DNA from: Protoeuglena noctilucae
Taxonomy: Eukaryota
Direction of reading: 5' to 3'
DNA length: 64,000 bases
NCBI GenBank assembly: GCA_958009085.1
Contig: OY253669.1
Location: 496,001 to 560,000, forward strand
Part shown: piece after piece, positions 12,151 through 25,640 of the stretch
Position numbering within the stretch: the first letter of the stretch is position 1
How the letters are laid out: every line of letters starts with the position of its first letter
Program-made: the position numbers and the translations under genes
Notes under the pieces: model-generated
What the model saw: the letters and a program-made list of their open reading frames with translations, nothing else
Told to the model about the DNA's origin: nothing
Database searches by the model: none

Positions 12151-15100
12151 TCTCCCAGAAGGCCGCCCGGGCCACGGCAAACGCCCCCTCGGACATGCCC
12201 GCCACCACGCCCCGCGTGTTGTGCACGCGGTCCTTGGGGATGTCCTCCACCCGCTTGAAGGGAGGCAGGGAATAATCGTAGGGATCGCCCAGGGCATCGA
12301 CCAGGAAGCCACCCAGGGAACGGATGACCGCCTCCGGGGCCGCCGTGTCCCAGCGCTTGGTGCCGCCACTCGCAAACACTGCGGGGGGGGAGGGGGTGGG
12401 AATGAAGAAGTGAAGGTTGGGCTAGGGTGCTGACTGGCTTTGGTGTGGGTATTGGGCTGGCTGTGGCTGTGGTAAGCGCAGCGTATGGCATAAGGGTGCT
12501 CACGCCTCAGTGCTGGTGCACAAGCCCTTGCCCCGTGCCACTAACACCTACCCATGCCCATGCTGCTAACACCTACCACATGCCACCCGGCGCTCCTCCC
12601 TAATGTCTTTACCCTCACCGTAGTGTGACACTTCCCCGTCCATAAGCATCATGGCCTTGTTGCCCGCGCCCCCCACCGCCAGGACCCGCTGTGCGTCCGG
12701 CTGCACCCGCAGAGCCGCCTCCTGCACCTCGGGAGACGAGTGGCTGCGCGTCGTCGCCACCACCATCTCGCCGTCCCGGTTGCGGCCCTGCGAGCGACGG
12801 CCGATGACAAGCGTCGCGACGCAAGCAGGCACCGACGGACGCTCGCGATGCCAGCTGTGCCATGATGAGACGATGCAACAGATGTGAGCGAAAGCTGACT
12901 CAGTATCACGTGACCTATACAACCGCAGTCGATCCCCGCTCCTCCATCCACAGCAGCGAGAGCCAGGCGGTGCCACACCCAAACCCCCACCCAACTCGCC
13001 TTCTCCATGAACTCTCTCCAAGGGAAGGTCTTGGCATCGATCCTCACGAACTCCGGCCGCGGCTCCCCCTCGCCGTCCGCGTACTGCCGCACAAACGCCC
13101 CCGCCCCGGGGATGCCCACGACCGTCCTGGGCCCGCCCCTCGCGAACGGCTGGTGCACGATGCCGCACACGGGCTGCCCCCGCAGCGCCAGGCCGACCAG
13201 CACCGTCACGCCCGGGGCATTGCCCAGCAAAAGCTCCCGGGTGCCGTCGAGCGGGTCGACCCACGCCGTCAGCTCCCGCCAGTCTGCCTGGCGCACCACC
13301 GAGGGAAGGGCCGCGAAGAAGCCCGGCACTGACACGGCACGGAAGACTGCGGGGAGAGAGGGGTTGTGACGGTGTCTGTGCTGCTGGGAGGGTGCTGTGG
13401 TAGTGACAAACCTCGGGGGTGGTGGGTCAAGGGGTTGAATTTGTGGCAAGTGCCTTGGAATGTTGCCGTTGCTTACAGTGGACAAGAGGACTGGTACAGC
13501 CAATCGATCATCGCAAGGATCGCAACTCACCGCCTGCGTCACCCCGCAACTAATCATCACCATGATTGCATCGTGGTGACCCACCAGTCACCCACTCACC
13601 CGCCTGCGCCGCCTCGCTTCCGAAGATGGACTCCAGGGACGGCCCCTCCTGCGCCCCACCGCCCGCGCCCCCACCTCCCGACTCCCCACGGCTGTCCGCC
13701 CCCGTCTCAAACATCTCCTCGCCCATCACCTGCGATTGCACAGGCACACAGCCACAGGCACGTCACTCGCAGTGATACATGCACCTCGCCATCGACACAG
13801 GTGCCGTGTTCTGCCACCCAATGCTGCCTATCCCGTTCGGCCAGCCCAGACTGCCCAAGACCAATCTGTGCGGCTGCTTGACCACCCGACCACTCGCCTG
13901 GATGCCCGGGAAGGCCTTGACCAGCGACCCGACCACCAGACGCTCCGCCTCCACGTCCGCCGCCGTCTGGGGATCCATTGGCACCGCAGCCGCCCCGTCC
14001 CCGTCCGACGAACCCACGAGCGCCCCGTCCGCCTCCGTTGCCACGCCGTCGCCCTTGTCCCGCACCGCCAGGGCCCCCTCGTCCGCCTGAGTCGGGTACT
14101 GGCGAATCACGCGCCCTGCATCCTCCGCCAGGTGCGCGCCCGCCGCCGCGAACTCCATGACCGGGCCGCGGAAGAGGGAATCCCAGGAGGCGTCCAGAGA
14201 TTCCGTGAGAGGGCCGGGGGGACCCTCGGGACCCACGCCGCGCATTCCCGGGACGGGGGCGCGGGACCAGTCCATGTGGGGCCCGTCCTCGCCCCCGGTG
14301 CCCGCGGCGATGATGTCCGCGCAGCGACACGCGAGGCGGAGGAGGTGCGGGGCGTGGCGGCGGTGCATGCCGAGGTTTCGCGCCCCGTGGCGCGTGGCGC
14401 AGCCGACCGGCGTCACGCCCTTCCACATCGAGCCGGCGAGGAAGCGGACGTAGTCGACCAGCGCGGCGTTGTAGAGACCGCGGAACTCCTCCGTGGTCGG
14501 GATGCGCTGGCCCTTCTTGGCCACCTCGGGCAGAAGCGAGGCGAGGTACGTCATCACGAGCTCCGACTCGTGGTCGCGGACCACGTCGGGGTCCACGGAG
14601 GACCAGATGAGGTACACGAGGTCGACCGCCGGGCAGCCGAGGCCTGCGGGGGCGCGCAGCGGGCGTTCGGCAGACATCAGCGGGTGCCGGCCGCAGGGTG
14701 CGGCGGGAGCGACGCGCCGGCGCTCACCCGCCCACTGCCAGTCGACGACGGCGACCTTAGACCCGCGCAGGAAGAGATTGGCCGCCTTGTAGTCGCCGTG
14801 CAGGACCGACTTCCACGTCGAGCGCTGCAGCACGTAGTTGGCCTCCGAAGCCCAGCTGCGCAGGGACGTGCCGAGGCCGCGGACGCCCTCCGATCGCGCG
14901 ACGGGGTGCACGGACGCGAACGACTCGATCGTCGCGGCCCAGTTGGACTCGAGGTCGCCGATGTCGCCCTCGCGCTTGGACAGCGACCAGTAGCTGCCCT
15001 CCGACCACAGCCCCGCGACCTCCGTCTCCTCCACTGCGAAGAGAAGGAGCCAAAGAAATGATCTGCATCCCGAGCGGCCGGGAGCAACCGCCGCGACCGC

Positions 15101-15925
15101 GGGCAGGCTCGCCACGCACTCGTCACGGTCAGCAGCGTGCCATGGACGCGCGCGAGCGTCCGCAGCGCCTCCTTCGCCTCCTCGTATTTCAAGCTCCCCT
15201 TCTGACCCATGTCGCCCGACTCGTCCCTGCGACGCGCGCGGGGAGGCTCTCCATCGGCCGCGCTGCACCGACTTGCTGCCACAATGCAAACTCGCCCGCC
15301 CCGCCCCGCCGAGGCCGCCTCCGCGCGCAGCTCACCCGTCCCCGCTTTCTTTGTTCATGAAAGGCTTCCACGTCGCGCCAAGCACGCTCCCTCCGGCGAA
15401 ATCGGCCTCTCCCGCGTCGGTCAAGTCCTCAAGCACCAACAACAGCTGGTCGTCGCCCGGCTGCTCCACGGTGAACATGCGCGGCGTGATGCCCGCGGGG
15501 AGACGTTCCGCGAAGAAGTAGTAGAAGCCCACCTCGCACAGGTACGACTGCCAGGTGCGCTCGCGGTGCTCCTCGTCCCGAAAGGCCACGTGGCGGAGGT
15601 CGACCTCCTTCACCACGAAGCGGCGCGCGGGGACGCCCTCCACGTCCAGCGTGACGCGGGACAGGGTCGTGTTGTTCTGGACAATGTGCGGGGGCGCCGG
15701 AATCACCGTGCGGACGGTGCCGCCCGGCGGGAGGGTCTCTTGCACCTGTGGAGCCAAAGCCGCCGCCGTCGCGAGCGCAGCGCGAGCCGCCACAATCAAG
15801 CGCCGAATACTGCTCGATCCACGCACCTGCTGCCCCAGACGGCCCTGCCACCAGCGTATATCGTGCCATTCGCGCTCAAAGCCGTTCCCGATCGGCGTCG
15901 CGGGCGCGGGTGCCCCCTCGCCCAT
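12122..15925 (-). CDS. Fusion protein: N-terminal EcKL/choline-aminoglycoside-kinase-like domain plus C-terminal BPNT1/inositol monophosphatase-family phosphatase
   Basis: Kinase: FVVKE, SYLCEVGFY, LLVLEDL, LARVHG, VLHGDYKAANLF, VVDWQWAG, AVDLVYLI. Phosphatase: PQTAADVEAER, VMGEE, WVDPLDGTRE, VVATTRSH, VGGAGNK, KRWDTAAPEAV, GGFLVD. An alternative in-frame ATG lies at 16093. Confidence 0.85.
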
Positions 15926-16437
15926 CGAGAGCGCCCGGGGGGACCTCCTCAGGCGCGCGCCGACCTCCGCGATCTTCGCCACCCATCCACTGACGGGGGC
16001 CCGGGCGATAGTCGAAGGACCGCCTGCGCCGAGGCGCCCGGCCGGGACGCCGGTGACGGCACCCCGCGCGAGCCCGGCGCCGGCGAAAGGCATCGCTTTA
16101 GGCGAGGCACCGGAAGTCAGCGATTGAGTCCCGACTGTGGCAGCAGATGGGCCCAACGCGCACTACACGCCTCTGATCAGTGCTAGTCAGAAGGACCTCT
16201 CTTGCAACCGCCTGAGTCGGCGAGAGGAGAAAAGCAGCGTGCGAGGCCACTTCTGCACGTCTCCCTTGCTGGCGCGCGTGGGCCAGTGGGGCTTCCGGAC
16301 GCGGAAAATTGACCAGTTGTGGTGGTTGGTGTTGCGCATCGGGTTGCGAGCTCTCCCGGAGTCGAATTCCCGCGTCGCTGACCCGCAGCGACAGCGGAAC
16401 TTTGATCGAGCTTGCAGAAGAGCGCTGGGTCGTCGCC

Positions 16438-19400
16438 ATGGTCCTCGTGGGCCTATTTCGGCTGTCGACAGCCGGTGTTGTTTGGGGCATCCGCGCGACT
16501 CTGTGGATCATCTGGCCGCCCGTCCCTGCGCGTCATCTGTCCCCGATCTTCCTAACGGCGCTGCTGAGATGGGCCGTGCAAGGGTGCGGCGCCCCTCCCT
16601 GCCGTTGCGCGGCTGGCAAGCGGACCGCGTCATTCGTATCCCCCGCGCTCGTCCTGAGTTCCCGACGATGCCGCGCTGGGCTCATGGGCGAATAGATGAA
16701 ATCGACTCCAATACGGGAGTCCCGTCTCCGTCGCAGGTCCCTGCTGCCCCTCTCCACCACCGCCACCTGCCTCACCCTGCACCTCGCGTTGCAGCGTAAC
16801 GCCGAGCTCCTCGCCACCTGCGTCATGAGCCTGCAGCTGGTGGCCATCCTCGCCCTGACCGCGCTGTTCCCCGCGACCCCCGCTCCGATCCTCGCCTTCC
16901 TGTCGTCGTCCCTCCTGGCAGCGGGTCTGGTCCGCGCCCGCCCCGCCACCACCCTCGCCCCCGCCACCGCCTCTTCCTCCGGCCTGCGCGCCCTCCTGGC
17001 CTCCCTCGTCGCCCGCGCGGATGCCTCGGATGCGGGAAGTCTCGCTGCGCTCGCGGCCGTGCTCGGTGAGGCCCGCCCCTCACCACCCATGCCACCTCCC
17101 TGCCTGCTCCCAGCCCTCTCCTCGGCCAAGCGCCGCCCGCAGCATACATGCTGCATGACGCACCTACCATGGTGGTATTACTCCACTCGCCCCTCATCTG
17201 TCGCCCCTCACCTGTTGCACCCCAGGCCTCACCACCCTAATCCTCCACTACCTCCTCCCCTCCATCCGCCCCCTGGGCATCGGCAAGGCGGCCGCGGAGT
17301 TTCTGGCAAGCCACCACACGGGTATACCCCTGGGCATGGCGCTGTGGGCGTCCTTCCGGGCTCTGCTGTTAGTCACGCAGGTGCGTGCAGGGGGAATTGG
17401 GGATGTGATGGATGTTGACACATGTGCTGGGGACTGGAAACTGTCGAGTAATCGCCATCGTGCATGTCTGTCAACAATCACCGAATGGATGACCGATGCG
17501 CTGAGGGTGTCTCTGTATTGACACTAACACTAGCAAGGGTGGCGGAGAGAGGGAGTTGCGACCAACCCCGCAGCCCCACACCACTCACCCTCACCCTCAC
17601 CCTTCCCCACACCTCCCTCCCTCCCCTCCCTTCCCCCACAGCCTGACGACATGAACCGTCACATCGCGGCGGCGCGGGGCCTGAAGAGCCCGGCGGGCAA
17701 CGCAGCGGCGGCGGTGATGGAGGCCGTCGAGTCGGCACGCAAGTCCCTGCAGGCGGGGGCGGGGAGGGGTTTCGCGAACCCCGTGGCCAATCTGGGACTC
17801 GTGCTGGTGAGAGGCGATGTGTGCTACGATCTCACCCAACCCCCTCACTGCCACCCCCACGTTCCCTCAACCTCGTTTCACTTACGCAGGACAGCGATGC
17901 CGCCACCCCCCCACGCACCCCCAAGGCCACCCTGGGCGCGCTGTTGGAGCCGGACAGCGACGTCGCCACCAACAGCCTAGGGCTGCCACTGGTGAGATGC
18001 GAACATGTAAGTATTCCGATTCGAACGCGTTTACCTGTTACACATGTGCTCCATCACCTCTCACCATGCCGCCTTGTGCCATTCCTGCCCCTTCCCAGTC
18101 ACCGTCTCTCCCCCACCCTCCCCCGCAGTCCATCCCAGCAGACGACAGCCCCACCCCCACGCGCGCCACCCCACGCTCCTCCACCCCCCGCGTCGCCCTC
18201 ACCAAGACGCCCCCGCCGGCCCTGTCTCCTGTCAGCCCCACCTCCCGCCGCGACCCCCGCCCCCGCTCCCCGCTCGCCCGCAACTCCGCTACCCAAGGCG
18301 CATCGAACCGATCACCCTTTGCGGAGGACGGCACCCCTGCGATGGAGTTAGGCGGGTCCCAGTCTCACTCCCAATCGCACTCGCCCTCCCTGTCGCCCAC
18401 CTCTGCGGGTGGCCACGAGGGGCAGGGTATTGCGGGCGACGGGGAGGGCGCGCGGGACGCATGGGGTGGGGAAGGGAAGGGGAATGGGGGGGGTGCGGAG
18501 GGGGTGGGGTCTGCGCGACGGCGGGTGGCGGAGTGGCGGCCGGCCCAGGGAAACGCGGCGGGGGACCTGGCTGAGCTGGAGAGGTGTCCGCTGGCGCAGG
18601 TGAGGGCATTGGACATGTGGTGGGTGGGGATGGGATACAGAGGGGGTGCGAGCGGGCATGTTGGTGGCTGGGTTTTTGCCATCGCAGCGATGGTGATGCA
18701 GTGCAGTAGTCGTGCCTGTCGCTTGCCGGTGATGTCTACTTCTTATATTCATTAACAGTCATTATTTAATACATATTACTTTCCATTCCATTATCTTCCA
18801 GATGTTCCTTGGGGAGTTCCGCCGCTTCACGGAGGCCGAGGCGCGCATCTGGTGCGCCAACCGGCAGTGGTGCCAGTACCAGGCGAGGCATGCATATGGG
18901 GGTGGGGATGCCATCATTACCAAGGATGGGCATTGTTGCATTACTTCAGCATTGAGGAGTCACCACTGCTGCCCTCGGCAGTACCATAGACTGCCCAGCC
19001 ACCCCTCACCACCAACGCTATCTGTGTCCAATACAGCTCCGCCTCACTCACTCATGCACTCTTATGCTCATCCCTTCAGGTCTGGGAGGCCGCAGCAGAC
19101 TTCGAGGTTTCAAACGGGGACCGCCCCGCCCACGCGGTGCTGCTGGGCCCGTCTGGGAGCGGCAAGTCGCGGCTGGTGGACGCCATCGCCTGGCTGGCGG
19201 GGGGGATCTCGGCAGACGTCGCGAGTAAGTGTGTTGTATATGGGGTGACTTGTCTGTGATAGTGGGGCTGGTATGTCGTTGTGTGGGCGTCACACACCTG
19301 CGTCCCTCAAACAGCGACCCGGCAGCCCCACGCCCTCTAACAGCCCTACCACCGTCCATCCCCCCACCCCGCCTCAAATACTCTCCCTCTCACTCTCCCC

Positions 19401-22400
19401 ACCCACTCACCCACCCACCCCGCAGGCTCCCACCCCGACGGCCACCCCCCCGGCCCCCGCCCCGACCGCCCCCTCACTTGCCTGCGCCTCTCCCGCCCCA
19501 CCGCACGCGGGGCGTCCCCCGGCTTCCCCCTGGACATCACTGACACCCCAGGCTGGCACGACCCCCCCTGCGCCACCTCTCTGCTCCTGCGGTGGATTCT
19601 GGCGGGGGCGGTGGGGCCAGGCACGGCGCTGCCTGGGGCGACGGCGGGGGACTTTGAGGGTAAGGTGGAGGCGGTGATGGGGAGGGCCCGGGAGGCGGCG
19701 GGGAGGGGCGTGGGCATTGAGGAGAGGCCGCAGGTGAGAGTGGGAAGGGTTTGGTGTGAGTTGGGTGTGCGTGGGTGGCGGGGAGGGGCGTGGGCATCGA
19801 TCAGGTGGCGTTGATCGTCATTCATCAGCAAGACTCATTGATTCATTACTAAGACTCAACCCCACCCCTCTCGTCCCCCCAGGTGGCCGTCATCGTGGTC
19901 TCCCTCCAGGACCTCCAGCGCGCGCGGTGCGAGGGGGACGGGGCTACTTTGGAAGAGAGCCTGGCGAGGGCCCAGGCAGCGCTAGACGTCGCCAAAGAGG
20001 CCGCAGACCAGGCACGGGCGCTGTTGGTGCCCCCGCTGCTGGCGGTCACGTTCTGGGAGGATGGGGAGGGTGCGGGGGTGACCGGGGATGGGGTGGGTGG
20101 TATGGAGGAGGTGGAGGGGGTGGCCACTGCGTTGGAGGCGGTGGTGGCGTGGGCGGCGGCGCTGGGCATTGACAGCGACGACGTGTACCTGGTGCAGGTG
20201 GGAGATGGGGTGGATGGGATGGGGTGTGGTTGGTGTGTTGGTGGGGCTGGCGAGTAGGGAAGGGAGGGGTTGAGAGTGTACTTGCAGTCTCTTGGCGGCT
20301 GCTCACTCTCATCACTCCCCATCCCCCTCCTCCCCTCGCAGCTCCCCAGCAAGTCCTCCCTCCGTGGCCAGTCCCTGCGATCCCTGCCCCATCCCAACCT
20401 CCTCAGAGACCTCGTGCGGGCCATGTTCAGGTGAACACTTATTTTAACACTGTTCATGTAGCTACTCGTGTGCACGTGAGACATGGGCATAGATTGGTTT
20501 TGATAGCCTTCACCCCCTTATCTCTAATCCACCTCACCGCCCCCCCCCCCCCCCCCCCCCTCACCACCGCATGCACCCCTCCCCTTTCCCGAGCTCACCC
20601 CATACCACCCCATGCACCCCTCCGCTCCCCCTCCCCCCAGGTCCGCCGCGCTGTGCCGAGAGGCCGCCCCCCGCACCCTCACCATCCCACTGCCCACGTC
20701 CCCCAGCCCCCGCCGCGGCTGGCAAGCTGGCTGTGCAAACGCAGATGCGGCCAGCGATGTGCCGCGGATGTGGGAAGAGGAAGAGGATGACAATGGGATT
20801 ATCGACGAGACAGTGACAGCGAACACGCATGGGATGGTGCATGGCATGCCACGCGACGCTGCTGATGAGGGGCAGTGGAGTGCGGCTGCGGGCGGGGTGC
20901 ATGCGGGTCGCGGGGTTGGTGACGATGGGCAGGGCGGTGCAGAGTCGAGGGCCTCATTGCACGGCTGGAGCGACAACGGTGTCGGTGCGGGTGCGGGTGG
21001 GGCGTGGACCGGTGCTTCCTCTGCCCCGCTCCGCGACGATTTCGAGAATTGGGACGACGTGTTTCCCGGCATCGATCTGCCGGAGGGGGCCGTGGTGGGG
21101 GAGCGGGGCGCCGAGGTGGTGCTCGACACGTGAGTGGGGGTGAAGGGTGTGGTCGTGATGGCGCTGGGTATGTGATTTAGCAAAGGAATCGCTCGCTCTC
21201 TTGCCAGCAATATCCAGTCACCCGTCATGACCAAGCGAGGCGCGGCGTGCCGTCACGCACAGCGCATGGCAACTACCAATGCCTTACTATTGCAACCACC
21301 CTTACCCCCCTCGCAGCACCCTGGGCGGTGAGCTGGTCTGCTCAGACGCGTCCTCGGGATGCGATGACTCCGATGACGCCCATGAGCATCACCCCATAGC
21401 AACCAGCATCTACTCGGGCGTGCGTGCGAGGGCGCCCATCCCCGGCTTGGCCCACGATGTGTCGACCGCATCGGAGCCGCCCATGCGCAGCCCGGCCATG
21501 CCCGGGGTGGACAGGGGGGCGTGGAGGGCGGGGAAGAGAGGTGGGTGGGGGGGTGGGGTGGAGGAGTGGGGGGGTAGGGATGTAGAGACGGTCTGCCGGG
21601 GCCTGTGATGAGGGGAGGGGTGGTGGGGCATACGTGTGGCAAGGGTTCGCGATGCTGTAGTGGGGTGGCAAAGAGGCAGTGTCTTGGCTATGGTAGTGAG
21701 CCAAGGGTGCCTCTTACTGCTGTGTTCTTTCCGCAGAGTCCTCGACGGCGGGGAGGGACGGCAAAGAGGCGGAGGCGGGCAAGGCGGCCCCGGCAGCGAC
21801 AGGGAGCCCCGGCCACCCCGCGCACGGCGACGACTCTGGCAATGACTCTGGCAACGATTCTGACACTGAGGGTGGGATGCCTCTCGAGGTGGAGGACTGG
21901 GGATTCCCTTTGGAAAGCGAGCGGGGGGAGGGGGCGAGGGACGGAGGGGCGGCGGCCCAGGGCAGCGGTGAGATGGGGATGGGGAGGGGTGGTGGGAATG
22001 GGGGGTTAGCGTGTGGCAGTGGTGAGATGGGGAAGGGAAGGAGTAGTGGAGTGCTGTCGGAGAGGGGGGAGTTGATGCAATGCGGTGTGCTGAGGGCCTT
22101 GCTCTGGAGGGGTGGCACGTGTGGGTGACTCGCTAAACTCGCTAAATGCATGTGACGGTGTGACTGGCCCGACTCACATCTCATGTGAAAGTGACCCGCT
22201 CACACCGCTGCCGCCCCTTTCAGGTGGAGCTCGCCGGTCTCTGGACGCCCATGGATCCCGCACCGCGTCCTCGGAGGTACCCCGCCGCCCTGAGTCAGTC
22301 CTTGGTCAGTCGGGCCTGGGTCAGGGGGCCGTGAGGGGTGCCTCTGAGGCCAGGGGTGTGACGAGGGTGTCGAGCACTGGGACGGACAGGGATGAGGAGG

Positions 22401-23282
22401 CGTGGTGAGGGGGGAGGGGAGGGCAGGGATGAGGAGGGGTGGTGAGGGCTGACCGTACTCTTCAACCAATCACCTGCCATTCAATCGCCAACGGGCTCTC
22501 AACCTACGCTACACACTCTGTGACACACTCCTACCCTTATTGTCACCCTCTGTTACACACTGCCACCCTTACTGTCACCCTCTCACACCCACTGCCACCC
22601 TCATCGTCACCCTCTCGCGCCCACTGCCACCCCCATCGTCACCCTTTCACACCCACTGCCTCCCTTACTGTCACCCCCCAGGCTCCCCTCCTCCCGGGCC
22701 AACGTGGCTGCCATCCGCCCCGCCCGCACCGGCAGCATGGGGCAGCGCATCCTGGGATTCTTCAACAGGACGCGGAGCAAGAACCAGGCGAGTGACAATT
22801 AATGATTCACTACCCTGACTGGGGCATTGGATATGACAGCTGCTGCTGGCACTGGGGGCTATGCACACGCACCCGGCAGTCACCGCGCTTCAATGACCAA
22901 GCGCCGTCTCTCTTACATTGTCGTGCCTCCATGCTTGCTCTAAACACCCTTTCGCCACCTCAGGCACCCAGTCACACCACCCACCCTTAGGCTGATGCGT
23001 CACCATCTCCACCTCCACCTCCACCCGCAGGCCCGCAAGGCCCAGGCGAGCGGCCACGAGGCAGCCGACGGGGCGGGCGAGGATCCCGAGACCACCCGCG
23101 GTGCTAAGAAGCCCCAAGTGCTGGAGCGCCTGCCGAGTGCGGTCGTGATGAGCACGCCGCGGGGGGGGGGACCCAATGGCCCGGGGTCGCCTCGCCGGCT
23201 GAGGATGCAGCTGGACTTCACGGATGAGGCGCTCAGGTCGACGTTATCGCCGGAGAGGGCGCGGGCGGGGAGCGACACATGA
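16438..23282 (+). CDS. Large multi-exon protein: hydrophobic N-terminus, central P-loop NTPase-like domain, long low-complexity tail (3' extent uncertain, may be two genes)
   Basis: Hydrophobic segments (LATCVMSLQLVAILALTALFP..ILAFLSSSLLAAGLV). Exon ~19080-19224 has AVLLGPSGSGKSRLVDAIAW (Walker A); the exon from ~19883 has VAVIVVSL...LLAVTFW. Consistent GT/GC-AG sites. Confidence 0.5.
22533..22681 (+). repeat. Intronic minisatellite, ~30 bp unit x ~5 (cccactgccaccc-cat/tac-tgtcaccctctcaca), ending at a splice acceptor
   Basis: Recurrent gtcaccc and cactgccaccc units; the last unit ends ...tgtcaccccccag. Confidence 0.75.
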
Positions 23283-23638
23283 CAGGATTTGGCATGGGAT
23301 GGCATGGTATGGCATGAGATGGGTGGATCCGAGCGACGGCGGGGGTTCGGGTGATGCTAGCCATTAGCAATGGGCCAGTATGTGCCGTGTGCGAGCCTGC
23401 AGTGTGCCAGCCTTGCTTAGAGTGATGTCCCAGCCTGACCGATGTACCCAACATGTTGCCCATAGGTGATTTAAGCGAGCGCAGGTTGCCTGCACTTAAC
23501 GATACCAGCTGCATCGCCAGATGAATGCCAATGTACTTGGATGCGTACCAATGCGCTGGTACAAACGTGATCGCAGCTGCACGCCATCTATGCCTTACTC
23601 CCGCCCACGCCGCCGCCCCCCACCCACATCGCCAGAGG

Positions 23639-24713
23639 TCAGACCCACGGGACGAGTCCAATCAACAGGTGCACGAACCTCGTCTTCCGCTCCCGCAGCC
23701 CCCGCACCTCCTTCGCCACCCCCATCGTCGTGCCCTTTCCGGTCAGCAGGAACTCCCTGCACTCCTCCCCATCCAGCTCCAGCAGCGAACACCCCTGCCT
23801 CTCCAGCGGCGCCGTGAGCGCGGTGTAGCGGTCGCCGATCCCCGTCGGGCCCTGCCCCTGCACGTACGCCTTCGCCACCTCGGGCACGCGCTCAACCAGG
23901 TCGTGCGGCACCTCGAGTGCGCGGGGGGTGCGCGCCGTGATGAGGGCCTCCGTCTGGTGCGGGAGGCCCGTCGGGGTCACGAAACACCGCGGGTCCGCGT
24001 CGAAGGCCACAATGCAGTCCCTGAGTTGTTTCCTCATGCCCGCGGCCCATGCTCCGGCACCGCGCACGTACCTCCCCCCCGCCTCGTCAATGAGAGCCGG
24101 CGGCACGTCGGGCCGTTCCCTCTTGAGCTTCTGCACGCGGGCCAGGCGCGCCTTGAATCCCTTGGGCCATTTCTAGTCCCTTGGCCGCAGGAAGGGCGAC
24201 GCCCCGTGCTTGAGCAGCGCCATGTCCTGGACGATTTGCCAGGGTAGAACGTCATGTCGGAATAGACTCCCGGCGAGAACATGGTGTTAGGAACGCGGAT
24301 GGACAGGCGCTCGCGCGCCGAGAGGCCGTAGTCGCGCTTGGCGGACGTCTGCGACACCCACCCGTCCCATGTGCCGAGACTCGACGTGTCCAGTGGGTCG
24401 TCCACCTACCGCTTGACCAGCGCGCCACATTTGTAGTCTGCGGACCGCCTCTCCAGCTCCTCCACAGAGACCTGCCGCACCCACTTTGACACGCCGGCCA
24501 GGGCCAGCAGCGATCGGGGCGACGCGTACGGGACGACCAGCGTCAGGACGTGCTCCATCTGCTGGGGCGACTGCACGAGCGGAGCGGGCGTGGGGCGAGG
24601 CGGCGTACCTTGGGCAGCAGCACCCTGTCTATCCGGGCGCCTCGCGAGCCTCGTCGCGGCCTCACCAGCCCCTCCGCCTCTCCAGACCGCTTCTTGGGTT
24701 TGCGGGGAGCCAT
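23639..24713 (-). pseudogene. Probable pseudogene: F-box-like N-terminus plus XPA C-terminal-like domain
   Basis: MAPRK..VLLPK|MEHVLTLVVPYASPRSLLALAGVSK (F-box-like), then VSQTSAKRDYGLS...SDMTFYP/WQIVQDMALLKHG (resembles XPA ITKTEAKQEYLL...DMKLYLKLQIVKRSLEVWG). In-frame TAG at 24406-24408 and 24173-24175, and a 1-nt frameshift near 24241. Confidence 0.5.
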
Positions 24714-25440
24714 CTCGGCCGCGGGGGCGCTGGAGGCAGGGTGTCTGTTGCAAGCCCGGTCGGCGCGCAGGGTGGCTCCGATAACCACATGGGGGGCGCG
24801 ATGCGTTGATAAGGACTAGCTATAGCAAGGCGCACAGACTCACCTCGGCCGCGGCGCGGCTTGGTCAGCAGCTCCTCGGGACCCGCAACGCCCAGCGACG
24901 AGTCAAGTGGTGAATTGAAGACCCCAAATCCAGTGATGCCAATTTTCTGGTCATTGGCGGGCGTTAAGGCTCATCGTGAGAATGCCAAAAGAGCAAGGCG
25001 CCTCTTCTGACGGAAGCGTCGCACTGGGGATGACCTGGTCGGTCCGGGCGAGCTGTCCCGAACTGCCTGGCTCCGCGCACGCAATAACGGCATGCTTATC
25101 TGTTCGTCGCGGCGAAGCAACCCCGCACTCTCTCGCGTACTCTCCCCGGCACCCCCACCCCGTTTTGCGCCTTGTGTCCCCAAACCCTGCCCCTGCCGCG
25201 AGCCGCAACTCGGTTTCGACGATCAGGATCCATCGCCGGACCCGCAGCGCAGGGAGACGCGCCTGCCGGGACGACCCGCGTCTAGATACGCTGGGACGGG
25301 CGCCTCGGGTCGGCTGTTCTGGGGCGGTGTGGCGCCTGGATTGCCGTCCCACAGCCGCCATTGCCTCTCGTTTGAGCGCAATTATCTGATCTGACGGCCA
25401 TGGCGCCCGCGGGGTCGCTGAGTCGTCTGGGCGCACTGCC

Positions 25441-25640
25441 NNNNNNNNNNNNNNNNNNNNNNNNNNNNNNNNNNNNNNNNNNNNNNNNNNNNNNNNNNNN
25501 NNNNNNNNNNNNNNNNNNNNNNNNNNNNNNNNNNNNNNNNNNNNNNNNNNNNNNNNNNNNNNNNNNNNNNNNNNNNNNNNNNNNNNNNNNNNNNNNNNNN
25601 NNNNNNNNNNNNNNNNNNNNNNNNNNNNNNNNNNNNNNNN
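25441..25640. other. Scaffold gap (200 N)
   Basis: Run of N. Confidence 0.99.

Noticed and set aside
24173..24408. In-frame TAGs as evidence of a TAR=Gln genetic code
   Set aside because: Long conserved exons elsewhere lack in-frame TAG/TAA, and EFG1 and ABCA appear to end in TAG.
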